The position numbers and the translations under genes are program-made. The notes under the pieces were generated by a model. It saw nothing but the letters and a program-made list of their open reading frames with translations. It did not search any database and was not told where the DNA came from. Below, piece after piece: positions 9,033-18,506 of a DNA stretch of 64,000 nt. Location of the stretch: positions 160,001 through 224,000 of the forward strand of contig JAPDKB010000007.1 in NCBI GenBank assembly GCA_029258795.1. Reading direction: 5' to 3'. Every line of letters starts with the position of its first letter. The first letter of the stretch is position 1. This stretch comes from an archaeon. Lineage in GTDB: Archaea > EX4484-52 > WAPT01.

Positions 9033-9135
9033 ATTTTTAGCTACGTTGCTGAATTTTGGTTTTGTTTTTCGGTGTTGAATTCCGAGGGGTTGGGTTGAAA
9101 TCTATTTAAATGTTTGAGGAGAGCAGGTAAGGAAT

Positions 9136-10467
9136 ATGAGTGAGGGAAGCAATAAAACAGAAGGAGAAGCGAGCAAGAAAAGCTCGAGGGTGAGCGGGTT
9201 CTACAAGCTGAGCGTTGAGGAAAGGAGAAAGTTCGTGAAGGAGTTTGCCGGGCTTACGGATGATGAGGTAAAGCTTCTTGAAGGCAACGCTCTGCCCATT
9301 GAGCTTGCGGACAAGATGGTTGAGAACGTCATAGGTAAGATGGAGGTGCCTCTTGGTGTTGCGGTCAACTTCCTGATAAACGGAAAGGATTATCTTGTGC
9401 CGATGGCCATAGAGGAGCCGAGCGTGATAGCTGCAGCTTCTTACATGGCCAAGATTGCAAGAGAGAACGGCGGGGTTAAAGCTGAAGCCACCGATCCGAT
9501 CATGATAGGGCAAATACATCTTGCCCACGTGCCTGATTTGGAAAAGGCTAGGGAAGCCATCCTTGCCAGAAAGCAGGAGCTTCTGAAGGTGGCGGAAGCG
9601 CAGGACCCCACTCTCGTGAAGTATGGAGGAGGGCCCGTGGATATAGAGGTTAGAGTTACGGAGCATGAAGATGGTGATAAGTTTCTTGTGGTGCACTTGC
9701 TTGTGAATTGTGCCGATGCCATGGGGGCCAATCTCGTGAACACCATGGTGGAAGCCATTGCGCCAGTTCTGGAGGAGATAACCGGAGGAAAGGCTATCCT
9801 GAAGATCATAAGCAATCTTGCAGCTTACAGAATTGCAAGGGCTGAGGTGAAGATAAGGCCGGAGACGATTGGCGGAGAGGAGGTTGTGGAAAGGATAGTG
9901 CTCGCAAGCAAGATGGCTGAGGCAGATGTTTTCAGGGCTGTGACGCACAACAAGGGCATAATGAACGGAATAACGGCCATAGCACTTGCTACAGGTAATG
10001 ACACAAGAGCGATGGAAGCGGGAGCCCATGGCTATGCCGCTAAAGACGGCAGATACAAACCGCTTGCCATCTGGAGGAAGGATGAAGATGGCAATTTAGT
10101 GGGGAGGATAGAGATCCCGATTCAGGCAGGCATAGTGGGTGGTGCAACTCGCGTGCATCCCATGGCCAAGCTCAACCTGAAGATTCTTGGTGTTAAGAGT
10201 GCGAGAGAGCTTGCGGAGGTCATGGCTGCTGTGGGCCTGCTTCAGAATCTCGCTGCCATAAGGGCCATAGCAACTGAAGGCATACAGCGCGGCCACATGG
10301 AGCTGCATGCCAGAAACCTAGCCATAATGGCTGGAGCTGACGCTAGCAAAGCTGATGAGATAGCTGAAAGGGCTGTGGAGGAGGCCAGAAAGGAGGGGAG
10401 GAAGATAACGATGGATTTGGTCAGGGAGGTCATGAAAGAGATGGGGCTGGAGGTTCGGGAGAGTTGA
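9136..10467 (+). CDS. hmgA: HMG-CoA reductase, class II
   Basis: [48 protein letters not shown]. Confidence 0.95.
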   Translation: MSEGSNKTEGEASKKSSRVSGFYKLSVEERRKFVKEFAGLTDDEVKLLEGNALPIELADKMVENVIGKMEVPLGVAVNFLINGKDYLVPMAIEEPSVIAAASYMAKIARENGGVKAEATDPIMIGQIHLAHVPDLEKAREAILARKQELLKVAEAQDPTLVKYGGGPVDIEVRVTEHEDGDKFLVVHLLVNCADAMGANLVNTMVEAIAPVLEEITGGKAILKIISNLAAYRIARAEVKIRPETIGGEEVVERIVLASKMAEADVFRAVTHNKGIMNGITAIALATGNDTRAMEAGAHGYAAKDGRYKPLAIWRKDEDGNLVGRIEIPIQAGIVGGATRVHPMAKLNLKILGVKSARELAEVMAAVGLLQNLAAIRAIATEGIQRGHMELHARNLAIMAGADASKADEIAERAVEEARKEGRKITMDLVREVMKEMGLEVRES

Positions 10468-10495
10468 GATGCTCTGCTCGGGGTGTGGCTGTGCT

Positions 10496-11548
10496 ATGAA
10501 GCTGGACGGTAAGGTCGGCATAGTTGGCTACGGATGTTATGTTCCGATGTACAGAATAAAGGTGGAGGAAATTGCAAGTGTGTGGGGGGAGGATGCTTCA
10601 CGCATAAAGAACGGATTGCTTGTTGAAGAGAAAGCTATAGCAGGAGATGATGAGGATACTGCCACTATAGCTGTGGAAGCCGCAAGGAATGCGATTAAGC
10701 GAGCCAGCATAGCTCCGGAGCAGATAGGGGCCATTTATGTGGGGAGCGAAAGCCACCCGTATGTCGTGAAGCCCACCGCCACGATAGTTGGGGAAGCTCT
10801 CGGCGTTGGTAATGATTACACTGCCGCCGATCTTGAGTTTGCCTGCAAGGCCGGGACGGCAGGCATTCAGATGTGCCTCGGGCTTGTGAAAGCCGGCATG
10901 ATAGATTACGGCTTAGCGATCGGGGCTGACACCGCTCAGGGTGCTCCCGGAGATGCGCTTGAATACACCGCTGCAAGCGGTGGAGCTGCTTTCGTCATAG
11001 GCAGGAAGGATGTGCTTGCAAAGGTTCTTGCAACAGCTTCATTTTCCTCAGACACTCCTGACTTCTGGAGGAGGCCGTTTCAGCACTATCCGAGGCACGC
11101 AGCAAGATTTACCGGAGCGCCCGCTTATTTCAGGCATGTTGGTGGAGCTGTCAACTTTCTGCTCGAGGAAATGGGAATGAAAGCAAACGAGTTCGATCAT
11201 GTTGTGTTCCACATGCCGAACGGCAAGTTCCCGCTTAGAATGGCGAAGATGCTCGGCATAGAAAAGGATAAGCTTGAGAATGGATTCGTGGTGAGCAAGG
11301 TTGGTAACACATACTCGGGAAGCAGCTTGCTTGGATTGTGTGCCACGCTGGACAAGGCAAAGCCGGGAGAGCTGATCCTGCTCGCATCTTTCGGAAGCGG
11401 TGCTGGAAGCGATGCTTTCGCGATAGAAGTGACGGAGCTCATAGAGGAAAAGAGGGAACTGGCACCTACCTTTGAATACTATCTGAACAGGAAGGTTTAC
11501 GTGAGCTATGCGAGATATGCTAAAATGAGGGGCAAGCTGAAGGAATAG
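10496..11548 (+). CDS. hmgB: HMG-CoA synthase (archaeal)
   Basis: [39 protein letters not shown]; start placed at the ATG after the RBS. Confidence 0.95.
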   Translation: MKLDGKVGIVGYGCYVPMYRIKVEEIASVWGEDASRIKNGLLVEEKAIAGDDEDTATIAVEAARNAIKRASIAPEQIGAIYVGSESHPYVVKPTATIVGEALGVGNDYTAADLEFACKAGTAGIQMCLGLVKAGMIDYGLAIGADTAQGAPGDALEYTAASGGAAFVIGRKDVLAKVLATASFSSDTPDFWRRPFQHYPRHAARFTGAPAYFRHVGGAVNFLLEEMGMKANEFDHVVFHMPNGKFPLRMAKMLGIEKDKLENGFVVSKVGNTYSGSSLLGLCATLDKAKPGELILLASFGSGAGSDAFAIEVTELIEEKRELAPTFEYYLNRKVYVSYARYAKMRGKLKE

Positions 11549-11571
11549 AAAGTTAGTGATGGTCGGTTGTT

Positions 11572-12735
11572 ATGGCAAAAAAGGTCTGCGTTGTTGGTGT
11601 TGGCCTGACAAAGTTCGGAGAACACTGGGACAGGGGCTTCAGAGAGCTTGCCATAGAAGCTGGAGTGAAAGCCATAGAGGATGCTGGCATAAGCGGTAAG
11701 GACATAGATGCCATGTACATAGGTAACATGTCCGGCGGCAGGTTCATAGGGCAGGAGCACATAGCTTCACTCATTGCTGGAGAGTTAGGACTTAACATTC
11801 CATCAACAAGGGTGGAGGCAGCATGCGCTTCCGGTGGCCTCGCGGTTAGGCAGGCTTACCTAGCTGTGCTTTCCGGAAAGCATGATATCGTGCTGGTCGG
11901 TGGAGTAGAAAAGATGACCGATCTGAGCACGGCTGATGTCACCACAACTCTTGCCGGAGCAGCCGATCAGGAGTGGGAAGGGTATTATGGAGCAACGTTT
12001 CCCGGTCTTTACGCCCTGATGGCCAGAAGACACATGTACGAATATGGCACCACAAGAGAGCAGCTTGCTCTCGTGGCTGTTAAGAATCATGAGAATGCAA
12101 CGAAGAATCCCATAGCGCAGTATCCGTTCAGGATAACGGTTGAGGATGTGATCAACTCCACTCCGGTTGCTGAGCCGCTCAACCTTCTGGATTGCTCTCC
12201 AATAACTGATGGTGCAGCTGCGGTGATTGTTTGTAGCGAAGAGGTTGCCAAGAAACTTACGGATAAGCTGGTGTATATAGCTGGGAGCGGGCATGCCACC
12301 GATACTCTTGCGCTGCATGACAGGGAAAGCTTGACAGAGATAAAGGCAACGAGGCTTGCTGCAAAGATGGCTTATGAGGAAGCAGGCATAAGGCCAAGAG
12401 ATGTGGATGTTGCCGAGGTGCACGATTGCTTCACCATAGCTGAGATAATGGCCATAGAGGATCTGGGATTTGTGGAGAAGGGAAAGGGCGGGAAGTTCGT
12501 TGAAGATGGTGAAACTAAGCTTGATGGTTCGATTCCGGTTAACACTTCCGGAGGGTTGAAAGCATGCGGGCATCCCGTTGGTGCAACGGGAGTCAAGCAG
12601 ATATCTGAGATCGTGCTGCAGCTGAGGGGTGAAGCCGGGGAGAGGCAGGTGAAGGATGCGAGGATAGGGCTTGCGCACAACGTTGGAGGGAGCGGAGCAA
12701 CTGCTGTGGTGCATATTTTGGAGAGAGGATGGTGA
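11572..12735 (+). CDS. Acetoacetyl-CoA thiolase
   Basis: [44 protein letters not shown]. Confidence 0.95.
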   Translation: MAKKVCVVGVGLTKFGEHWDRGFRELAIEAGVKAIEDAGISGKDIDAMYIGNMSGGRFIGQEHIASLIAGELGLNIPSTRVEAACASGGLAVRQAYLAVLSGKHDIVLVGGVEKMTDLSTADVTTTLAGAADQEWEGYYGATFPGLYALMARRHMYEYGTTREQLALVAVKNHENATKNPIAQYPFRITVEDVINSTPVAEPLNLLDCSPITDGAAAVIVCSEEVAKKLTDKLVYIAGSGHATDTLALHDRESLTEIKATRLAAKMAYEEAGIRPRDVDVAEVHDCFTIAEIMAIEDLGFVEKGKGGKFVEDGETKLDGSIPVNTSGGLKACGHPVGATGVKQISEIVLQLRGEAGERQVKDARIGLAHNVGGSGATAVVHILERGW

Positions 12736-12753
12736 AGTTAAGGGTGAGTTGAG

Positions 12754-13155
12754 ATGCCTCACAGATCGAGCGTGCCTCTTGCATGGCGAAGGTTTGAAGC
12801 CAGATACAGACTGGTGGGTAACAGGTGTGCAAACTGCGGGACTGTTTATTTCCCTCCCAAAGCCATATGCCCCAAGTGCAGGAGGAAGGGCAAACTGGAG
12901 AAGTGTCAGCTTAAAGGCGAGGGCAAGGTATATTCCTACACCATAATTCACGCTGCTCCATCTGGCTTTGAAAAACGCGTGCCTTACTGTATAGCCATAA
13001 TCGAGCTGGATGAAGGGCCGCGCGTTATGGGAGAGGTTGTGGGTGATCTTGCTCTGCTTGACATTGGCGCGAGGGTAAGAGCTGTGTTCCGCAAGATTTA
13101 CGAGGATGGAGAAGATGGTATAATCCACTATGGATTGAAGTGGGAGCTTGTTTAG
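12754..13155 (+). CDS. DUF35 Zn-ribbon/OB-fold scaffold of the thiolase-HMGS complex
   Basis: CANCG..YFPP...CPKC, GKVYSYT, GIIHYG.K. Confidence 0.93.
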   Translation: MPHRSSVPLAWRRFEARYRLVGNRCANCGTVYFPPKAICPKCRRKGKLEKCQLKGEGKVYSYTIIHAAPSGFEKRVPYCIAIIELDEGPRVMGEVVGDLALLDIGARVRAVFRKIYEDGEDGIIHYGLKWELV

Positions 13156-13165
13156 GGTTGTTTCA

Positions 13166-13657
13166 ATGAACCTTGAGAATGAATTGAGAGACCTCCTCTG
13201 GAGCCAGCTGGGAGTTGATTCCGTCAATCTGTATTTTATGGTTCTTGCACACAGGGAAAACACAGATATTCTGGAAGTAAGGTTCAGTGTGAACAAAGAG
13301 GAATTCCATTTTCTACAGGAAAAGCTGAGAGAAATGAGTGAGGAATGTCAGCTATCCCTGCTGAAATACGACAGTCTTGGTGTGCTGAATGATGAGGGAA
13401 ACGAGTATCTCTGTGTTGCTGCCTTCGGTTTTCCTCCGGAGAGTGGTTTTTGGCATGAGCTTGTGAAAAAAATAGGGAAAAAATACGAGCTAGAATCATT
13501 CGCTGTCCACCATCCTATGGACTATTCATCGATTAAAAACAAGATTGACGGGGCAGGAACTTTGCTGGAGCATGTGGAAAAGGAGCCAGAAAAGGTTTAC
13601 AGAGCCATGATTAAAGCAGCATTCTACGATTTAAGATCATTTTATGAAGAAGAATAA
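13166..13657 (+). CDS. Hypothetical protein
   Basis: Long ORF co-oriented with and directly after DUF35; no recognised motif. Confidence 0.6.
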   Translation: MNLENELRDLLWSQLGVDSVNLYFMVLAHRENTDILEVRFSVNKEEFHFLQEKLREMSEECQLSLLKYDSLGVLNDEGNEYLCVAAFGFPPESGFWHELVKKIGKKYELESFAVHHPMDYSSIKNKIDGAGTLLEHVEKEPEKVYRAMIKAAFYDLRSFYEEE

Positions 13658-13672
13658 AGAAGTGGGCGGGTA

Positions 13673-14917
13673 TCACCCCTCAAGCGGGCAGTACTCGAAT
13701 CTGCTCGTGAGCTTGTTGAGCTTCTTCTTCAGGCCGTTCCAGATCCTTGAAGCTCCGCTCTTTATGCTGTCCTTGTACTTCACCAGCTTCTCCTCAGCCC
13801 ACAGTCCGGCCATACCGCCAAGTACTGCTCCTGCAGCTGTTGGAGCCGCGTGTGGGTAATAGGTAGCTTTTCCTGTTATCAGATTGTTTATCGCTGTCAT
13901 AAAGGTATCGGGATCTTCAAGAGCCCTCAGGACGGTAGCAGTAATAGCAGCATAAGCAGCAGCCTTAGCAATCTTGTCCTTGTTGTCCTTCACGAAACGA
14001 TATATATCATTGGCAAGATTCTCACTGTACTTCACATGCTTGAAAGCACCATCGTCCATGCCCCAGCTCTCAAGCATTCTCTTTCTCTGCACGCCGAATT
14101 TTTTGAGCTCTTTTCCGTAGTTCTGTTTGAGGTAGTCGTAACCCTTCGCATGGGCAACAACATCGAAGGCTGCTTCGAGCACAAACGGATCTATCTCATC
14201 CGCTCCTGACCTGTACATCTTTATTATTTCCTCCGCTTTCTTGGAATCCCATCTTCCGGCGAGCTTTTTAATGCCCCTGTTCTCGAAGTTGTTCTTGAGC
14301 GCACCCCTGTAAAATGCATAATATTTTGCGCCCTTCACAAGGTCATCTTCATATCTAGGGTCTTTTACATGCTCATCTTCATCTTCGTAACTCCCGTGAA
14401 TTATTTCTCTTGGATGGATTGCTTGGTCATAGTTCCATTCCTTGACCCCTCTGGTTACATAAGGTTCTCCATCATGAGGAACTCCTTCATCTCTTTCATT
14501 TTTTTCTTCACTTACGTCCCCAGCTTCACCAACTGTATCAATGCCGTACTTGCTGAAATCAACAACAATATCATCAACATAATTATCATTATCACGTTCT
14601 ATTGCATCAATCCCTGCTTCACGAAGGCTAAGCTTCGCAATATAATTCCTAATCACGTCTTTCTCATGGAGTTTAACAACGTAATTCAACACCTTCTTTT
14701 TTGCGTCATCGCTTATTCGCATGCTTTTAAGTTCTTTTTCAAGAGCGCCAAGATCTTCATATCCTTTTTCCAGAAAATCCCGAATGTATTTTTCAACTTT
14801 CTTAAATGTCGCGACACCAGCACCCTCTATTCCATTTATTATTCTTTTTTTCACATCACCAATTAGCGCACGATACACCATATCTTTCATATCACCACAC
14901 ATCATAACAGCCATCAC
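13673..14917 (-). CDS. Orphan protein, charged N-terminal region and Ala/Gly-rich hydrophobic C-terminal segments
   Basis: 414-aa ORF with GAGGTGA RBS-like motif at its 5' end; AAAYAAITATVL and AAGAVLGGMAGLW segments. Confidence 0.65.
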   Translation of the reverse strand: MMAVMMCGDMKDMVYRALIGDVKKRIINGIEGAGVATFKKVEKYIRDFLEKGYEDLGALEKELKSMRISDDAKKKVLNYVVKLHEKDVIRNYIAKLSLREAGIDAIERDNDNYVDDIVVDFSKYGIDTVGEAGDVSEEKNERDEGVPHDGEPYVTRGVKEWNYDQAIHPREIIHGSYEDEDEHVKDPRYEDDLVKGAKYYAFYRGALKNNFENRGIKKLAGRWDSKKAEEIIKMYRSGADEIDPFVLEAAFDVVAHAKGYDYLKQNYGKELKKFGVQRKRMLESWGMDDGAFKHVKYSENLANDIYRFVKDNKDKIAKAAAYAAITATVLRALEDPDTFMTAINNLITGKATYYPHAAPTAAGAVLGGMAGLWAEEKLVKYKDSIKSGASRIWNGLKKKLNKLTSRFEYCPLEG

Positions 14918-15112
14918 CTCATTTTCAATTTTTTGTTACTCTTTAGTAATAACTTTTAAAATATTTAAATCTTTCGGTGAGAACTCCGATCGCGTTTTGA
15001 TAATATTGAAGAAAAGGTATTCAGAAGGCCGGAGAGGACGTACCGCTCTTCCGTCCCCGGCTTCCATAGATGTTTTGTTTCCGTGTATTGTTTCTTAACA
15101 CCACTTCACATC

Positions 15113-15940
15113 TCACACAGGCAGACCGAGCCAGGAGAAAACTCCTATCATCTTCAGCCCCATGTAAACCATGACCGCAATGAAAATCCATTTAAGCCCG
15201 TGAGGGTGTATTTTGTGCGCTAAATGCGCTCCAACCTGTGCCATTGGAATGCTCGTGCCTGCCAGCAAAATCCACTGCAAAAGGTTGACATAGCCGATGG
15301 AGTAAGGAGGCAGGCCCTGCATGCCAAGCCCGTAAAGCATGTACGCTATCGCTCCTCCCAAGCTGGTAAAAACCATTACAGCCGTTGAGGTGGCAACAGC
15401 TTCATGCATGTGATAGTTCAGAAATATTACCATCAGGGGAACCATAAGCACGCCGCCGCCTATCCCTATTAGCCCTGTAACAAAACCGAAAATCATGCCG
15501 AGCAAAACATAGGTTAAGGGGTTTGCGTGCGGCTCACCGTGAACTCTTATTGGATGAGCGGTCGCCATTCTGAGAGCGCCCAACAAAATTGCAGAGCCGA
15601 AAATAGTTTTGAGAATGTTTCCCGGCAAGTTGCTCGCAATCCAAGCTCCTGCAAAGGTGAAGGGAATGCTCGTTAAACCGAGAATTACTCCCTGCTTCCA
15701 GAGCACGGCGCTTTTTTTATGATGCCTTAAAGATCCGCTCAGCGCGGTAGGGAACACAACCAGCAGATTTGTTCCGAAGGCAACTCTTATAGCTATGGTC
15801 GGATCTATTCCCATAGCTGTAAGAATCCAGTACTGCACGGGAATCATTATGAAGCAGCCGCCAACCCCAAGCATTCCCGACACCAGGCCGACGAGAGCTC
15901 CTGTCAGCAGTAAAGCCAAGACGTACGTTAATGCTATCAT
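15113..15940 (-). CDS. TauE/SafE family sulfite exporter-like membrane protein
   Basis: Duplicated GxxSGxxGxGGG motifs (GLVSGMLGVGG, GFVTGLIGIGGG), about 8 TM helices. Confidence 0.9.
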   Translation of the reverse strand: MIALTYVLALLLTGALVGLVSGMLGVGGCFIMIPVQYWILTAMGIDPTIAIRVAFGTNLLVVFPTALSGSLRHHKKSAVLWKQGVILGLTSIPFTFAGAWIASNLPGNILKTIFGSAILLGALRMATAHPIRVHGEPHANPLTYVLLGMIFGFVTGLIGIGGGVLMVPLMVIFLNYHMHEAVATSTAVMVFTSLGGAIAYMLYGLGMQGLPPYSIGYVNLLQWILLAGTSIPMAQVGAHLAHKIHPHGLKWIFIAVMVYMGLKMIGVFSWLGLPV

Positions 15941-16515
15941 CTTTCATCACCTCCTTCCATCGAAAGCATAACATTTTCTCTTGCTTTTGCTACAATACCG
16001 TATTTTTTCAGGAGCGATTGAACGAATTCTCTCCTGTTTTTCTGCGGGAACGAGATTGCCTCTGCAGGACAGTAAACTCCGCAGTTATCACAGCCCACCA
16101 TGCAGTTGTAGGGATTTCTGACCTCCGATTTGTTCTTCCGGGCGTCGAATTCGAAAACACCTCTTCCACATATTGCAACGCACATACCGCAACCGGTGCA
16201 CTTCTCTTCATCGATTATCGGATACCATTCCATCTCTTTCCTGTCGATTCCCCACCACTTCGAAAAATCGGCCTTTGACAAAATTTTCCTAACTTTAGGA
16301 TCCGCGAGCCTGTAATAAACACTCCGCCCCTCTCTTCTTGATTTAACAATTCCCAGATTCTCGAGCTTTGCAAGCTGGATCGAAACGGTCGGCTGGCTCC
16401 TCTTCGTAAGCGGAACAATCTCGCACACGCACTTTTCTCCGTCGAGAAGAGATTCAACAATCTTTAATCTGGTTTCATCGCTCAACGCTTTGAAGATTCT
16501 CAGCATTTCTTTCAT
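15937..16515 (-). CDS. ArsR-family regulator fused to a 2x[4Fe-4S] ferredoxin domain
   Basis: FKALSDETRLKI...EKCVCEI...SQPTVSIQL..L...GIV..RREG..VYY, then CTGCGMC..IC and CMVGCDNC..YCP; start placed at MKEML below a TATA-like box. Confidence 0.85.
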   Translation of the reverse strand: MKEMLRIFKALSDETRLKIVESLLDGEKCVCEIVPLTKRSQPTVSIQLAKLENLGIVKSRREGRSVYYRLADPKVRKILSKADFSKWWGIDRKEMEWYPIIDEEKCTGCGMCVAICGRGVFEFDARKNKSEVRNPYNCMVGCDNCGVYCPAEAISFPQKNRREFVQSLLKKYGIVAKARENVMLSMEGGDER

Positions 16516-16709
16516 GTTGGACGTATTGATGAACATAAATATATAAAGTTTATGGCCCCGTGGAAACCCCGGAACTACCAGACAGAGAACATCTTGGAGT
16601 TCAAATTTTAGCAAAAACAGTTATGGAAGCACCTCGAAAATATGCGAAGCCCTGAGCACGGTGAACCGCGTATCCGCTGTTATGTGACATGACTTTCAAC
16701 TTCTCGCTT

Positions 16710-18161
16710 CTAAATTCGTTGTTTTTTAACAAGAATACATCCGGGATCGGAAGCAAGGATATCTCCGGTGTAAGCATAAGCCCTTGCCCTGCAGCCACCG
16801 CAAACATATTTATACCGACATTCTCCGCAGCCGTTTTTGAGAAGTTCCCTGTTTCTCATCTTTTCCATAATTTCCGAATTTTTCCACACGTTCTCAAATC
16901 CGTCCTCCAGCACGTTCCCGAGTTTGATGGGCATGAACACGCATGGCTGGATATCACCGTTATACTCGATGGAACAGTAATTTCTTCCAGCCCCACATCC
17001 TCCGATAAAATCAGCGAGTGCCATGGCTCTTCCCTTCAGCTCCACGGCTGCAAAATGTGTTGGAGCTATGCTTCCATCTTCACCCTCACTCACTCTTTCC
17101 AAGCTTATTCTTGCATAAGCGGGGCATGTGGAAAATACTTCCAGACCATTATCCTCCAGCAGTTTATCGTACAGGAAATTGAGAAGCTCCTCCCTCTGCT
17201 CTGGGGTTATATCCGTCTCTGCTATATCCCTGCCTCTTCTTGTCGGAACAAAATTAAACGCGATGAATCTGTGCACCCTCAGTTTTTGTGCCAGCTTGAT
17301 CATTTCGGGTATGTTGTCGTAATTGTATTTTGTAACCGTGGTGGCGATGCCGGTGGTTATGCCCGCTTCCACACAGTGCCTGATACCCTCAACCGTTCTC
17401 TTCCATGCACCTTTAACGCCCCTGAACTCGTCATGAATCTCCGGGTTGGTGTGATCCAAACTTATCTCGATGTAACCGACTCCTGCATCCTTCATCTTCT
17501 TCGCAAACTCCTTTGTTATCAGGGTTCCGTTTGATGCGACGCTCACATACATGCCCTTCCTGTGAATATACCTTGCGATTTCGAGAAAATCCTCCCTCAC
17601 AGTAGGCTCTCCTCCGGAAAGGGCCACAGCGAGAACACCCGCCTCATCCAGCTGGTCCACCACTTCCTTTGCCTGCTCCGTGGTGAGCTCATCAGGAGCT
17701 GCCTTACCTGCATTGGCATAGCAGTGCTTGCATTTGAGGTTGCATCTGGTCGTGAAGTCCCAGACAACAAGAAATGGTGCCACCAGTTTTTGCGGTTTTG
17801 TTACGCCGTATTCCGCTATGCTCTTTAGAACAAGGCTCAGCCCTCTCCTCGGAACAGGGTCTTTGAAATAATTCACAAAATCTTCTTTTCTGCCGCCGAA
17901 AACCCCGGCACCTTTGTCGATCGCTTTGCCGACCACGAAGGCGTTTATTCTTTCTCCGATCCCTCTCGGACTTCTTATGCCGCAGTAGATCTCCAGAGCG
18001 CTGTCAAGCCGGCCTTTGCTTGTGAAATGTCTGAGCAAACACCGAGAGACGGGATTTTCAAATATTCTTTTCAGCGAGATGATCGCATCCGAAGTCCTGT
18101 TTTTCTCCTTTTCTTTTTTCATTGACCCTTCGCCCGAGATTTTTGTGAATCGATACATCAA
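16710..18161 (-). CDS. Radical SAM / SPASM enzyme with long N-terminal extension (possible GMGT synthase-like family)
   Basis: CNLKCKHC, SGGEP, CGAGRNY, PCVFMP, CGECRYKYVCGGCRARA; the subfamily call is from recollection of the family pattern. Confidence 0.85.
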   Translation of the reverse strand: MMYRFTKISGEGSMKKEKEKNRTSDAIISLKRIFENPVSRCLLRHFTSKGRLDSALEIYCGIRSPRGIGERINAFVVGKAIDKGAGVFGGRKEDFVNYFKDPVPRRGLSLVLKSIAEYGVTKPQKLVAPFLVVWDFTTRCNLKCKHCYANAGKAAPDELTTEQAKEVVDQLDEAGVLAVALSGGEPTVREDFLEIARYIHRKGMYVSVASNGTLITKEFAKKMKDAGVGYIEISLDHTNPEIHDEFRGVKGAWKRTVEGIRHCVEAGITTGIATTVTKYNYDNIPEMIKLAQKLRVHRFIAFNFVPTRRGRDIAETDITPEQREELLNFLYDKLLEDNGLEVFSTCPAYARISLERVSEGEDGSIAPTHFAAVELKGRAMALADFIGGCGAGRNYCSIEYNGDIQPCVFMPIKLGNVLEDGFENVWKNSEIMEKMRNRELLKNGCGECRYKYVCGGCRARAYAYTGDILASDPGCILVKKQRI

Positions 18162-18400
18162 TCTGCTATTTATTTATACCCATCAATAAAATTTTAAAAA
18201 TCTTTTAGACCGTGACGCGAAATGACAAATAACTTTCTGTGTTCTAAACTCACAACAATTAATAGGGAGAATCGATAAAAAACGCGCCATAACCCTTAAT
18301 CCCTGATGTTTGTGTGGTGCAAGCCCTTAATGCTCACCATCCAGCGGATTCAACGGCGAGTCAAACCTTTTTAAACCTTCCAAACCAAATCCATTTTTAG

Positions 18401-18464
18401 GCCAAGGGATGATTTCATCAGCCTTGGCTGAAGGATGATGCATGATGGGCGGAATGACCTTGGC
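18401..18464 (+). ncRNA. Box C/D 2'-O-methylation guide sRNA (predicted 16S rRNA G902 and C1402, E. coli numbering)
   Basis: Terminal stem GCCAAGG/CCTTGGC; C ATGATTT 18409, 12-nt guide, D' CTGA 18428, C' ATGATGC 18435, 12-nt guide, D ATGA 18454; guides complementary to conserved 16S CAAGGCUGA and CCGCCCGUCA; upstream TTTTTAAA box, downstream T-tract. Confidence 0.75.
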
Positions 18465-18506
18465 TTTTCAATCTTAATCGCATCTTGTTCTGATGGGGTG
18501 AATGGA

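Noticed and set aside
9106-13296. Long antisense ORFs (307 aa, 478 aa) and similar shadow ORFs elsewhere (4557-5486, 21242-22156, 33775-34491)
   Set aside because: They lie opposite well-supported genes, have atypical composition and no motifs
15024-15064. GC-rich hairpin GAAGGCCGG...CCGGCTTC downstream of the TauE gene; considered as tRNA, SECIS or att site (shares GGCCGGAGAGGA with the taw1 repeat)
   Set aside because: No cloverleaf or T-loop, no in-frame UGA selenoprotein nearby, and a 12-nt match is within chance; at most a terminator-like stem
18435-18506. ORF-track N-terminal extension of the membrane protein
   Set aside because: It overlaps the predicted C/D sRNA; a better RBS and start lie at 18497-18509
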